From IMG/VR virus record IMGVR_UViG_3300029267_003506: a DNA stretch of 64,000 nucleotides. One strand, written 5' to 3'. Source of the stretch: a virus. Taxonomy: Duplodnaviria > Heunggongvirae > Uroviricota > Caudoviricetes. Positions 46,841-56,297 of this stretch are shown here, piece after piece; position 1 is the first letter of the stretch; each line of letters opens with the position of its first letter. Below the pieces are notes generated by a model. The model did no database searches. It was not told the DNA's origin and worked only from the letters and a program-made list of their open reading frames with translations. The translations under genes and the position numbers were made by a program.

Positions 46841-47009
46841 GTGAAAACGTCCCTGATCCAAACAGTAGAACTCAAGGGACCGCTCGAATAATCAGCAACT
46901 GTCCTGACACGCCTTCACATGAGTGGATTCAAAGCCACAAGGGGAGGTCCAGACGCAGATGACCCCGCCAACCGTTATCATGTGATTGCTGACAGGCGAG
47001 TACTCTAGG

Positions 47010-47189
47010 TCACGAGCCCGGCGTTCGCTTCATCAGGTGTTCAAGCACGAAAGGACACCAGGACGGCAATTCCTCCGGTTTCCTCGCGATAACTCTCACT
47101 GTGCCATCTGCCTCTCGCAAGTGCTTCCTTTTGAAACACCTGTGGGCACGGCGGCAATGTTTCTTGCACAACTCATAATCCGGCTTCAT
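47010..47189 (-). CDS. small Cys/His-rich protein, CPFxLEHL family
   Basis: MKPDYELCKKHCRRAHRC...SWCPFVLEHLM, not in the ORF track. The ATG sits 6 nt downstream of TGATATAAT, implying a leaderless transcript. Confidence 0.4.
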   Translation of the reverse strand: MKPDYELCKKHCRRAHRCFKRKHLREADGTVRVIARKPEELPSWCPFVLEHLMKRTPGS

Positions 47190-47194
47190 GTTTT

Positions 47195-47204
47195 CATTAT
47201 ATCA
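47195..47204 (-). promoter_or_regulatory. extended -10 element TGATATAATG
   Basis: 6 nt upstream of the ATG at 47189. Leaderless candidate. Confidence 0.45.
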
Positions 47205-47301
47205 CCTCAGCGCGACACCGGACACAAAAAATGATCCCCACTCTTGCGAGCAGGGATCACGTGAGGAGAACAGCCGCTGGGAGAGGCTGGTTCCGTGAAT
47301 T

Positions 47302-47439
47302 TCAGGTGGCTTTTTTCAGGTCCTTGGCTAGCGTATCCATTGTCCTCGAAACGGTGGACAGTTTACCAGACAGTTCCCCACACAAGTTGCGCAGTAAAAA
47401 TGCCGCATCTTGCGTGTCGTAAAAATCCATTTTGTCACC
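47302..47439 (-). CDS. tiny hypothetical ORF
   Basis: 45 aa (MDFYDTQDAAFLL...) with RBS GGCAGAGGTGA. Speculative. Confidence 0.2.
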   Translation of the reverse strand, partial: GDKMDFYDTQDAAFLLRNLCGELSGKLSTVSRTMDTLAKDLKKAT

Positions 47440-47489
47440 TCTGCCACTATCCAGCGCTTTCAACGCCTCTCGGAGTTCTCGGAAGGTAC

Positions 47490-47924
47490 TCAGAACGTCA
47501 TCTGACCGCGCATTCTCTTTTCGAATTGCTTCAGTTCCCTGCGTTCTGCGGAGGTCAGGTCAGGTTCTTTGTCCCAGAGTTCCTTGACCCTCTGGCGTTC
47601 TCTCTTGTTCAGGTTGCTCGGTTCGTCCGCCGCTACGATTTCCTTCGCCAACCGCAGCAACTCGGATGCTACCGCAGAGGCAGACAGGTTCCTCATCAAG
47701 CCCTTCTTGTTTTTGATGACTTGTTGCAGCCCTCGGATTACGCTCTTGGCTCCGTCCTCGCTCAGGTTCTCCACTGATTCGCCCCTCTGAATCTTCTTCA
47801 GGGCATCTTCGTACCAACGCAGGTCAGCCTCGTCCTTTTTCAATGCGGCTTCCCATTCCTTCTTCGTCGTCCTGGGCATCTGACTCCTCCATCTAACCGT
47901 CGCGCAAGTTTTCTTACGCGACAA
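47490..47924 (-). CDS. peptide-box family member (box internal: SAVASELLRLAKEIVAA)
   Basis: The box lies at about aa 84-97. An alternative start MRNLSAS at 47696 would make it N-terminal. Confidence 0.5.
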   Translation of the reverse strand: MSRKKTCATVRWRSQMPRTTKKEWEAALKKDEADLRWYEDALKKIQRGESVENLSEDGAKSVIRGLQQVIKNKKGLMRNLSASAVASELLRLAKEIVAADEPSNLNKRERQRVKELWDKEPDLTSAERRELKQFEKRMRGQMTF

Positions 47925-48094
47925 TTTCTCGGTTCAACTCAATTTGCACTTCATCTGATTCTTCTTCGCCGCACCTGTTTCGCAAGATGCGCTGAACGGA
48001 GTATAGCATACTCAGCAGCGTATTACATGACCGAATGACTTGCGTTTCCGAGGTGGGCTCATCGGTCAAGTCTGACACACTCATCGCACACCTC

Positions 48095-49444
48095 CTAGAA
48101 CATCATACTCGGCAATTTTATTCCCAAAGCGTGTGCTGCCTTGAAGATGTTGTTTCTGTGAAGGTCCGCTCCCCTTACATGACCGCTCACGCTCATCTTT
48201 AGTCGGTTTATGGCTTCCCTCTGATTGCGGTCAGGCGTGAAATCCTTAGCAAGTTGAACCGCAACCTTGAGTGCCAGTTCATACGTCTGCTCGTCTACTT
48301 CGCTTTTCAATTTGTGAATGTCCTTCGGGTCAATCAGGGCATAGAACAAACTTTCAGATGCTTGCCTGTTGCCTTCTTCTGAGGCGCTTTTCTTCTTCAG
48401 TGCTGCGAGGTCCTTTTTTAACGCAGTTTCGACCTTCTTGATGTCAACGTCGTCAAGATCAAGATGTCCAGCAAGAGCCTTCAGACTGGCAACGTCTTCC
48501 CTGAGCGCCTGTTGTACCCGGTTGCGCAAGAGTTTGAGGTCGAGCTTGTCACCTTCGGCTTTCGTTGCCTTGTCGTGAAGAGCCTGCATTTCCTTCACAG
48601 CGTCTTGGACCTTTTTCTTGGCTTCCTCTGGCGTCATGTTTTTGGTGGGTGCGTAGGTAATCCTCTTTGCCAGCCGCACCAATTCTCTCGCGACCTGTCT
48701 CATCTCTGCTCCTTCTCTCGGATGTTTCCAGACCCGTTCCTGCCGGCTACATCCCTTCGGTTTTCCGTGGCACGTTCTTTTCCGCTGCTTTTCCATTTCT
48801 CTCTGGATTTGCTGCTTGTGTTTCTGGTTGTATTTCCGTTGCTCTTTGATTTTTTTCTTGCGCTGGATTCCCTTTAATGGTGGTTCCTTGGTTACAGCCA
48901 TTTGCGTCGCCGAAGAAGTTACCATCTCCGTCATGACCTTCGTAATCTTTTCCTTCAGTTTTCTGAGGATGTACGCCGGCACCTTCCTTAAAGCGAGGGG
49001 TATCGTCCTGATTATGCTACCCATTTCGTCATCCATCAAGAGGGCGCGCGCATGGTGCATTCTGCTGCTTATCTCCTTTTCACCATTTTTCTCCATGACC
49101 ATTAGCAAGCCATCGTATGCCTCTCGCGCCAGCTCCCCGACGAGGGCATTTTTGAACGTTTTCATAGCCTGCTCAAAGCGCTCCTGGATACCCTTAATCT
49201 CCTTCTGTACTCGGTGTTTACCATCCGGAGTGTAGTAGTGTGTGAACCAGTACCACAGCCCAGCAGACTTTACGATGCCAAACCAGGCACGTCGTAGTGA
49301 TTTCGACGTTAAAATCACGTCAGCCCACCAATTCAGCGGCAACCGGTCAAGGCAAATCGTCATACAGCTCGCGTGAACGGGACCATATTTCCCCTTCACG
49401 CGCTTGCATGCTGCCAAAACAAAATCAGGGACCTCGTCTGTCAT
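48095..49444 (-). CDS. peptide-box family member (box internal: MRQVARELVRLAKRI at about aa 248)
   Basis: 449-aa ORF. There is an in-frame ATG at 48702 with RBS GGAG, so it could be two products or one protein with an internal box. Confidence 0.5.
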   Translation of the reverse strand: MTDEVPDFVLAACKRVKGKYGPVHASCMTICLDRLPLNWWADVILTSKSLRRAWFGIVKSAGLWYWFTHYYTPDGKHRVQKEIKGIQERFEQAMKTFKNALVGELAREAYDGLLMVMEKNGEKEISSRMHHARALLMDDEMGSIIRTIPLALRKVPAYILRKLKEKITKVMTEMVTSSATQMAVTKEPPLKGIQRKKKIKEQRKYNQKHKQQIQREMEKQRKRTCHGKPKGCSRQERVWKHPREGAEMRQVARELVRLAKRITYAPTKNMTPEEAKKKVQDAVKEMQALHDKATKAEGDKLDLKLLRNRVQQALREDVASLKALAGHLDLDDVDIKKVETALKKDLAALKKKSASEEGNRQASESLFYALIDPKDIHKLKSEVDEQTYELALKVAVQLAKDFTPDRNQREAINRLKMSVSGHVRGADLHRNNIFKAAHALGIKLPSMMF

Positions 49445-49454
49445 TTTCCAGTCC

Positions 49455-49799
49455 TTATCCGGTCACAACAATCCTGGCTATCTTCACCAGTTCAGAAGCC
49501 ACGTTAAGCGCCAAACCGGTAGGAACAGTATGGTATCTCGCCAGACTAATGGGATAGCGCCGGTCGTTCGTCAAACGCACTCTTAATGCCGTTTGTTGAT
49601 CCTTCAGCATGATCTCTTTTTGACTGCGCTTCGACACTTTCCAGCCGGCAGAAGTCAAAACATCCACAACGCCGAAAATGTCATCGCTCGACACTAAGAA
49701 TCGTTCTATCGCGCCACTCATCGCGTCGGGTTTCTCAACCACGCGAAAGCCTGCCCGCTTGAGAGTGTAGGGTATCGCAGGTTTGGCTCGTCGCTTCAT
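49455..49799 (-). CDS. peptide-box family member with the box at the C-terminus (ALNVASELVKIARIVVTG-stop)
   Basis: 114-aa ORF. Confidence 0.5.
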   Translation of the reverse strand: MKRRAKPAIPYTLKRAGFRVVEKPDAMSGAIERFLVSSDDIFGVVDVLTSAGWKVSKRSQKEIMLKDQQTALRVRLTNDRRYPISLARYHTVPTGLALNVASELVKIARIVVTG

Positions 49800-51307
49800 T
49801 TTCTCGTGTCCCAGCGCGTCACAGTCAAATCAGGATCGACCGTGAACAAAAAAGCACCCGAGTTGTTTATCGGATTCAATGCCTCGTTTTCCTTGAACGT
49901 CACTCTCCACACCGCCGTTCCGTAGGAGTTACCAGGATAGACATACGCTCTTTGCTCGTGCTTTCCGGCATAGTAGCCCCCAGAGATAACCGCGCTGTTA
50001 ACATCTCCCTTGTTCCGAGCCTTGAGTTTCATTCCCTGGAGTTGCTCGGTTACTCGCTTTTCGGCACGTCCATTCGTCATCCGCAATTTCATGCTAGCCC
50101 TTTTTGCGATTTTCACCATCTTCAGTCGGGCGCGCTTCACTTTTTTGATGACCTCGCCGTCTGATTCGAATTCCCCCGCGATGGTCATGGTCTTGCCCTT
50201 AAGCACTGGTCTGGGAGAAACATCCTCGTATCCATTGAGCCACGCATCAAAATCATCTGCCATGTCTTGAGGCAAGTTCCTGTCCAACCAATCAGCGCTT
50301 ACCATGATAAAACAACGTTCAGGGTAACGCTTATCCACTCCTCCTAAACCGACCGAGGTTCCGTACTGTCCTTCGTAAACCTTCACGAACTGTATCTTCA
50401 GTTCTAGTTCAGTCTTAGTAGGAGCCCGTGGAAATCCTTCGAGTGCGTCCTTTGTACTCTCCCTCTCGGCATCTTCTAACATGCGTTCCCACATCTTGTC
50501 TGGAATACGCACACCGTCATCTAATTCCCCCAGCCATTTCTTCCAGAAATCGTTGTCGCCCAACCATTCTTTGGCAAAGTCGATTTCTTTCCGGTGCTCA
50601 TCAAACCACGGATCTTCTTTCTCTTCTTGAACGAGCCCGAGATTTGCTGGGCGGTCAAACGTAACTTGGAAACCGACAAGTTCAGGACCTAGCCCCTCCT
50701 TCTCGTTGTACTTCATCTTGCCTTTTAACTCTCGCACAATACCGTAATCATCGACAAAATACACGTAGAGCATGTATCGCTGCTTTTTGCCCCAGTTTCT
50801 CCCGTGCCAGTATTCCGTACCAACAATGCCCGTGTAAGGCTGGGAAGGTGCCTTGGCAAGCATCTTAGCAGAAAAATAGCCACTCGTCGGGCTCTTGCCA
50901 CCTCTCTGAATCATACGTTTGATGAAGTCACGTTGCTTCGGGGACTCCCAAAGACCATTGTTGCTCTTTGTCAAAGACCTCAGTGACCGATATAGCCGTC
51001 CCTGCGGTTCTCCTCCCCCTGCTTCATCCATCAAGAACTTTGCCCTGGAACCCAACAGCAAGTCGGCAACTCTGATTAGTTCGACAGCAATACGCCTGTC
51101 TGTTGTCTCACCGTCTTTTTTCACCGACATCCTTGCCGTGCGTTTCCGGGCTTTCAGTCTGGGCTTCTGCCTGTCTATTTCCCACTGCCCCTTTCGCATG
51201 ATCCAAGGCACACCTTCATACCAAAACAACGTCGCCCCCATCTGCGCCGCCGTTGCTTTGGCTTTTTGGAAAGTAATGTTGGTATATGTGACGTCAGCGA
51301 TACTCAT
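49796..51307 (-). CDS. peptide-box family member (box at aa about 70: TDRRIAVELIRVADLLLG)
   Basis: 503-aa ORF. ATGA overlap with the upstream gene. Possible alternative start MSVKKDGETTDRR. Confidence 0.55.
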   Translation of the reverse strand: MSIADVTYTNITFQKAKATAAQMGATLFWYEGVPWIMRKGQWEIDRQKPRLKARKRTARMSVKKDGETTDRRIAVELIRVADLLLGSRAKFLMDEAGGGEPQGRLYRSLRSLTKSNNGLWESPKQRDFIKRMIQRGGKSPTSGYFSAKMLAKAPSQPYTGIVGTEYWHGRNWGKKQRYMLYVYFVDDYGIVRELKGKMKYNEKEGLGPELVGFQVTFDRPANLGLVQEEKEDPWFDEHRKEIDFAKEWLGDNDFWKKWLGELDDGVRIPDKMWERMLEDAERESTKDALEGFPRAPTKTELELKIQFVKVYEGQYGTSVGLGGVDKRYPERCFIMVSADWLDRNLPQDMADDFDAWLNGYEDVSPRPVLKGKTMTIAGEFESDGEVIKKVKRARLKMVKIAKRASMKLRMTNGRAEKRVTEQLQGMKLKARNKGDVNSAVISGGYYAGKHEQRAYVYPGNSYGTAVWRVTFKENEALNPINNSGAFLFTVDPDLTVTRWDTRK

Positions 51308-51594
51308 TTCACGGTTGCCTTTGCCTGCTCAAAGAGACCATGCACCGTCGAATTCATTGTGCGCAGAGCCGGAATGATGTGGGCGTCAATAATATCCGGA
51401 GAAATCGTCCTGCCTGCTCCTGCCCGCTGCGCTCCCTTAAGTTGCCTCTGAGCAGCGTCCACGGCTTTCTGCACCCGATCTAAGTCCTGCTGCAGAATCT
51501 TCACCAACGAGTCACCGCTCTCGATAAGCCGGGTTGCCTGTTCCCACTGCTTTTCGCTATATGCTACGCGCTCGGCAATTTCGTTTTGATTCAT
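51304..51594 (-). CDS. hypothetical protein (MNQNEIAERVA...)
   Basis: Start at 51594. Its N-terminus resembles that of gene 58176..58526 (MNQEQVADRVA...). Confidence 0.45.
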   Translation of the reverse strand: MNQNEIAERVAYSEKQWEQATRLIESGDSLVKILQQDLDRVQKAVDAAQRQLKGAQRAGAGRTISPDIIDAHIIPALRTMNSTVHGLFEQAKATVK

Positions 51595-51607
51595 GCCACA
51601 ATCTCCA

Positions 51608-52024
51608 TCAAAAAGCCTGCAGACGGAATTTCTGTCTCTTAACGACTTTCTCCGCAGCAGCAACATCGTCAGCAGAAAACGAAGCGCCCCCGGAGACGTA
51701 CATGCGACCACCAACATTCAACAAGACAGCATCCGTCGGCTTCTCGGTTATCCTGTACGCCGAACCATTTCCCTTCAACCCAGCCTCGACAGCGGAGAGT
51801 TTCTTAGCCATCTGCTTGACTGCATCATTGGCGTCGGCGTTGACGTCCTTGAGAATGTCACCAGTTCTTACCTCCCTGAGTGCTTGCAGGATAATTGAGT
51901 CACCGATAACGTCATACACGAAAAACATCCCAGCCGCTTCTTTTGCCCCGCCAACGAGTTCCTTGGCTAGGCGCACCAATTTCTCGGCTACCATCTTATC
52001 TGAAACACGCGCCTTCTTACTCAT
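51608..52024 (-). CDS. peptide-box family member (MSKKARVSDKMVAEKLVRLAKELVGG)
   Basis: 138-aa ORF. Confidence 0.55.
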   Translation of the reverse strand: MSKKARVSDKMVAEKLVRLAKELVGGAKEAAGMFFVYDVIGDSIILQALREVRTGDILKDVNADANDAVKQMAKKLSAVEAGLKGNGSAYRITEKPTDAVLLNVGGRMYVSGGASFSADDVAAAEKVVKRQKFRLQAF

Positions 52025-52047
52025 CCTTTTCCTCCGTCTGCAGAATC

Positions 52048-52524
52048 TTAAACCGATGCCTCAACGCTCACCATCTTACTCATCACATCCTTGAATGCAT
52101 CCAAGGCAACATTGAGTTTTTTGACAGTGTTCCGGATAACAGGCTCCCGGCTCCGCTTCATCTTATCCCTGACCGCAGTAAACTCGTCCTGCAGCCTTTC
52201 TAGCCGTGAAATAGCCATTGCGATTACTGAGCCCATGTCCGCGCCAGCAACAGGACGATGAGAAGCCGTCAAGTACAAACTCTCAGCACTCCTTTTCAAC
52301 CGAGCCAGCAAAGTCACCATGCTCTTGAGGGCGTCATTTAACAAACTCGCGGCGTCAGGATTGGACTGGCGCAGGTCACGATACCACCGATTCAGGGAGT
52401 TGTATTCAGTGTCGAGTTTGTCAATCAGTTCATAGGGAAACTTCGTTTGCCACTCGTCCACTTCAGGAGAAATATCTCTGGCGATGGCAACCAGTTCCTT
52501 GGCGATCTGAATGTTGTTCATCAA
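52048..52524 (-). CDS. peptide-box family member (variant MMNNIQIAKELVAIARDI)
   Basis: 158-aa ORF. Confidence 0.5.
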   Translation of the reverse strand: MMNNIQIAKELVAIARDISPEVDEWQTKFPYELIDKLDTEYNSLNRWYRDLRQSNPDAASLLNDALKSMVTLLARLKRSAESLYLTASHRPVAGADMGSVIAMAISRLERLQDEFTAVRDKMKRSREPVIRNTVKKLNVALDAFKDVMSKMVSVEASV

Positions 52525-52583
52525 GTGCTCCTAAAACAGACTGGCTTTGATTTTCGAAGTTGTCACGCCAGAGCCCGTCCCCC

Positions 52584-52979
52584 TCATGTAAAAACCGCAG
52601 CCAGGTGAGCAGCGATCCTACGAACCGGAAGAACACCCTCACCCTTCACCCAGTTCATCATATCGGCTTCGTCGCTCCAATCAGACCGTTTCCCGCTCAG
52701 GTGGATTTCGAACTTTTCACCCTCGAAAATGATACTCAGCGTCGCCGTCGCAGCAATGTCACTCGCCGCGTAACCACTCATGAACATATTGTATTCCCGC
52801 GCGGCACGATGGGTACGCTGAATTTGCCGGATGCCTTTGAACTCGGACTTGATCTGCTTCTCCAGGTCATCCATTAGATCGCTGTAGGCACGATGGAGAT
52901 ACGCCGTCACACGCAAATCGTCAGCCTTCGCCATCAGCGTCTTCGCCATCCTCAATAGCGCACTGGCTACCTCTTTCAT
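52584..52979 (-). CDS. peptide-box family member (MKEVASALLRMAKTLMAK)
   Basis: Start at the box Met, 52979. The ORF track extends to 53051. Confidence 0.5.
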   Translation of the reverse strand: MKEVASALLRMAKTLMAKADDLRVTAYLHRAYSDLMDDLEKQIKSEFKGIRQIQRTHRAAREYNMFMSGYAASDIAATATLSIIFEGEKFEIHLSGKRSDWSDEADMMNWVKGEGVLPVRRIAAHLAAVFT

Positions 52980-53022
52980 CTTCCCGCCTTTCTGTGCCGA
53001 GTACAATCGCAAAAACAACGTC

Positions 53023-54642
53023 CTACGGAACCGGACCCACGTGCGTTGCAATGCGGTTTATCGCCGTCGCAACGTCAACAGGCGGAGAACCACCCCAATC
53101 AGCCGGATTCGCAGTCAGACCCAACCCAATCGCATTCTGGGTCAAACTCAGCGTGCCACCAAAGCCGCCGGCAATCAAGCTACTGGCAGATCTCGCATCC
53201 GCATAGGCTGTGCTGCTCAAGTTGTACGTCGAGCCCCCAAACTCACAAAACATGAATGGAGCCCAACTGTACGTCCAAACCCCTACCACCGAACCACCAG
53301 TCACAGCAGTCGTAGCATCAATGTCACTGTACGTCACCTGCTCCGCTCCGTAAATCTTGGCATTACCCCTGATCGGCACCCCAAGATACGAGTCCAAAGC
53401 AGACACCTCCAGCGATGAATACACGCTGCTGAATTGCGACCCCATCTCCGACGAACTATCCCCGTTGCGAATGGAAGCGCTCCGGAACTCAGCATACCAC
53501 GAGAGATTGGATAGAGAAGCGTCCCCGGCAGGTTGCACAATGACGCCACCCTGCGGCAGCCTGGTTCTTTCGCAGTAAAACCACTGGTGATGACTTCCGT
53601 AGTAGCCCTCGCTGATGAGACGCACCCCATCCTCGATTGACAGACCAAAAGGCACATAAGCCGTCGGCGCGTGTCCCAGCAGGTGATAGCCAATGAATGT
53701 CTCGGCTGAGGTATTGGCAGCGTTGTTCAGTGGCTGTGGCACCATGCTTGTGACAGTGCCGCTGATGGTCGCCGGTCCTGTCCCCGAGTGCAATGTCAGA
53801 TTTCCAGACGGTGGGTGGGCACTGCCTATCCAACCGCCAACGTAAGCAGCCGCAGGGCGCACGTAAATCGTCATGAGGTCGTCTGCGTAGCCAATGGCGA
53901 CATACTCGTTTGACGCCCCATCCCGATAAACTGCTCCGAATGTTGAAGTTGCGTAATTTGACCCGTATGTAACGCTGATGTCCGGAGCACTTGCCGCTGC
54001 AGCCGACAGGTGATATGCCCAGCAGTCTGCCAGAGGGGGTCCAGTAATAACGGTGGCGGGATACGGCAACACATCCATGAAGGCAATCGCATTCGGCAAG
54101 TCAGCAATCGCATTCCGGCACGTGAGTTGCCCAGTGAAATACGCGAACTTACCCTCAACCCTGGTCACTCGGCGATGAGCACGCAGGGTAACGTTACCCT
54201 CATCATATACCCCGTCAGCCAGGTAGTAGGTCACACCCCGGGTCGCCCATTCGTCGTAATCGTTGCCGTGCGGGAAGTTGGCTGCGAACCACGTCTGCGC
54301 AGCCCCCAGCGTCAGGAAAGGCAATCCTCTTGAGCCGTCCGCTGTAGAGTCGTCGCCCCGAGCCGCGTCAATGTAAATCGAGTAGGGATACACACCACTT
54401 GCTGTGTAAAGACCGCCGAGTGCATTTTCTGCTCGTGATTCCGTATGAGTGCAATACGTCTGCCAGCCGGTATTTGCAATCGACAACCACCGACCCTTCA
54501 CCAGCAATGCCTCCCGCTCCTCTGATTCGTAGATAACCTCGCCGGCGGCAATGTTCAGGATGCTCCGATCATGCACCGGAATAACCTGTTGACCGATTTC
54601 TCCCAGTTGAAACGCCTGGTCTGCTGTCCATGTCTTTATCAC
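53023..54642 (-). CDS. tail fiber / tailspike-like structural protein
   Basis: 539 aa, rich in Gly, Ser, Thr, Ala and Tyr, with a beta-helix-like composition. GTG start with RBS GAGAGGAGAGAG. Assignment rests on composition only. Confidence 0.45.
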   Translation of the reverse strand: MIKTWTADQAFQLGEIGQQVIPVHDRSILNIAAGEVIYESEEREALLVKGRWLSIANTGWQTYCTHTESRAENALGGLYTASGVYPYSIYIDAARGDDSTADGSRGLPFLTLGAAQTWFAANFPHGNDYDEWATRGVTYYLADGVYDEGNVTLRAHRRVTRVEGKFAYFTGQLTCRNAIADLPNAIAFMDVLPYPATVITGPPLADCWAYHLSAAAASAPDISVTYGSNYATSTFGAVYRDGASNEYVAIGYADDLMTIYVRPAAAYVGGWIGSAHPPSGNLTLHSGTGPATISGTVTSMVPQPLNNAANTSAETFIGYHLLGHAPTAYVPFGLSIEDGVRLISEGYYGSHHQWFYCERTRLPQGGVIVQPAGDASLSNLSWYAEFRSASIRNGDSSSEMGSQFSSVYSSLEVSALDSYLGVPIRGNAKIYGAEQVTYSDIDATTAVTGGSVVGVWTYSWAPFMFCEFGGSTYNLSSTAYADARSASSLIAGGFGGTLSLTQNAIGLGLTANPADWGGSPPVDVATAINRIATHVGPVP

Positions 54643-54695
54643 GGCTCTCTCCTCTCACGAAAGATGCAAATCCTTCAAACTCCATTGAAAGCCGA

Positions 54696-54712
54696 AATAT
54701 CAAATAATTATG
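54696..54712 (+). promoter_or_regulatory. AATATCAAATAATTATG motif variant
   Basis: Intergenic between minus-strand genes, upstream of the tail-fiber-like gene start. Confidence 0.35.
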
Positions 54713-55034
54713 CGGCTTTGAGTAATGCCCGCAGCCTCACCACGCGTCCCATCAACGTTTCCAACTCCTCGCCCACAACCCCAGCCGCCTGATTGTACGC
54801 CTCCGCCATCTCCCTGTTTCCCCGCTCCAGCATCCAATCCTCCATGCCCAAAAGTCGATCAAATTCCATCTTTTTCATGTCATATTCTCTCAGGTTCTCT
54901 CTTAAAGCACGGCGTATTCCAGTTAGAATTCGGTCATACATGCCATTTCTCCTTCCAGCGCGTAAAGTCTCACAATGTCCGATAAGCATTCCACAGCGTC
55001 CGATAATGATTGCCACGGAAGCCTTATCGACCAT
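54708..55034 (-). CDS. hypothetical protein
   Basis: 108-aa ORF. Confidence 0.4.
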   Translation of the reverse strand: MVDKASVAIIIGRCGMLIGHCETLRAGRRNGMYDRILTGIRRALRENLREYDMKKMEFDRLLGMEDWMLERGNREMAEAYNQAAGVVGEELETLMGRVVRLRALLKAA

Positions 55035-55500
55035 TCCGCTTTCTGGAATTCAATTTTTCCGGGTAATTAGCAAAGGAAAACGGAGAAGAGGACACATGCA
55101 CAAGCCACTCGTCCGGCTCACGCCCACCGATTCCACCGTCAGAATCATCAAGAAGATTCACGGAGCCTTGTCAGGTGTCGCTGCCCGAGATTGGCACAGA
55201 GAAGCCCAGGTCGCATGCCGCAGCCTTGGCGTTTTGGGCGTTCTGAATACTGCCCCGCGCTTTGTACACATCGTCGTCGGAAACGACATTATCTGCTGAC
55301 ACCGCGAGACTATATCTCTTCCCCGTGACTGCCTTTATACCAGCACCAATCAGGGGGCACTTGGTCGACCGAAACGCCTCTTCCGCTGATGACCATGCCC
55401 AGCCTGCAGCATACCGTTCTCTCCAACCTCCAACGCTCCTCGTCGAAATGGACCCACCCACCGCGATGTTCTTGGATGCACTGTTGGCATACTTCCTTCT

Positions 55501-55965
55501 TCAGCACCGGTATTCCCCTGGCTTGTATGGGTTCCCGGGCACACCCTCTGCGCGCTCGGGACCACAAGCGTCAAACAACGCCCATAGGCTCTTGTCTTTG
55601 GGATATGCTGCGCCCTGGGGACGTGTTCTCCTCGTCCTGGCACAAAAGAGGTCCAACGCCTCGTCCACGGCGTCTTCCTGTATCACCAAAACATCCCCAA
55701 TAGCCTTGCGAAGTTCAGGGAGGCTTTCCGCCGTCACCTCAACCAAATCCGCAGTCCCCCACGCGAAGAGGTCGTTACACAAGATGCAAAATGTCACCAA
55801 TCCATAACACCCTCCGCACCTCCAAAAGACGCGGTCCCTGATATCGTACTCATCCGTCAAAGCCAAAAACGGATAAACCAGGTCAATCGCAAGTTTCTCT
55901 GCCTGTGTCATCTCCTCATCCTTCCCTGCACGCTGAAAAAAGCACCCGACAAACGGAAAACCCAT
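55501..55965 (-). CDS. hypothetical protein
   Basis: Start MGFPFVG at 55965 with RBS GGTGGGGAAG. The ORF-track ATG at 56004 lies inside a TGGTATAATGG box. Confidence 0.45.
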   Translation of the reverse strand: MGFPFVGCFFQRAGKDEEMTQAEKLAIDLVYPFLALTDEYDIRDRVFWRCGGCYGLVTFCILCNDLFAWGTADLVEVTAESLPELRKAIGDVLVIQEDAVDEALDLFCARTRRTRPQGAAYPKDKSLWALFDACGPERAEGVPGNPYKPGEYRC

Positions 55966-56001
55966 CTTCCCCACCAAAGAGACTTCTCTTCTGCCGGCTG
56001 C

Positions 56002-56011
56002 CATTATACCA
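56002..56011 (-). promoter_or_regulatory. extended -10 element TGGTATAATG
   Basis: Contains the ORF-track ATG (56004). Likely the promoter for gene 55501..55965. Confidence 0.5.
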
Positions 56012-56074
56012 TCTGGGTTGATTTTTGAGCAAGTTTTTAGACGATTTCTCGGATTTTTCCCGACATTTTGGATT

Positions 56075-56087
56075 GGAACCGGTTATA
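56075..56087 (+). promoter_or_regulatory. conserved phage motif GGAACCGGTTATACATG
   Basis: 57 nt upstream of the ATG at 56145. Confidence 0.45.
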
Positions 56088-56144
56088 CATGTCGAAAGGA
56101 GCCCAGGTCCGTAAAACGCCACCTCAGAACAAGGAGAAACCCAA

Positions 56145-56288
56145 ATGAAGAAGATGCAATGCTCAACCGAAGGATGCGAAGAGGTCGAACAAGTAAACGA
56201 CAAGTGCCAATCGCTCAGGTGTTGGAAATGCACCGCCGGGCTCTACCCGACCGAAACAAAGGACGAACCCGAGCAGCAGTCAGAATGA
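56145..56288 (+). CDS. small Cys-rich hypothetical protein
   Basis: 47 aa (MKKMQCSTEGCEEV...CQSLRCWKC). RBS AAGGAGAAAC. Preceded by GGAACCGGTTATACATG. Confidence 0.35.
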   Translation: MKKMQCSTEGCEEVEQVNDKCQSLRCWKCTAGLYPTETKDEPEQQSE

Positions 56289-56297
56289 GATCCTGAC

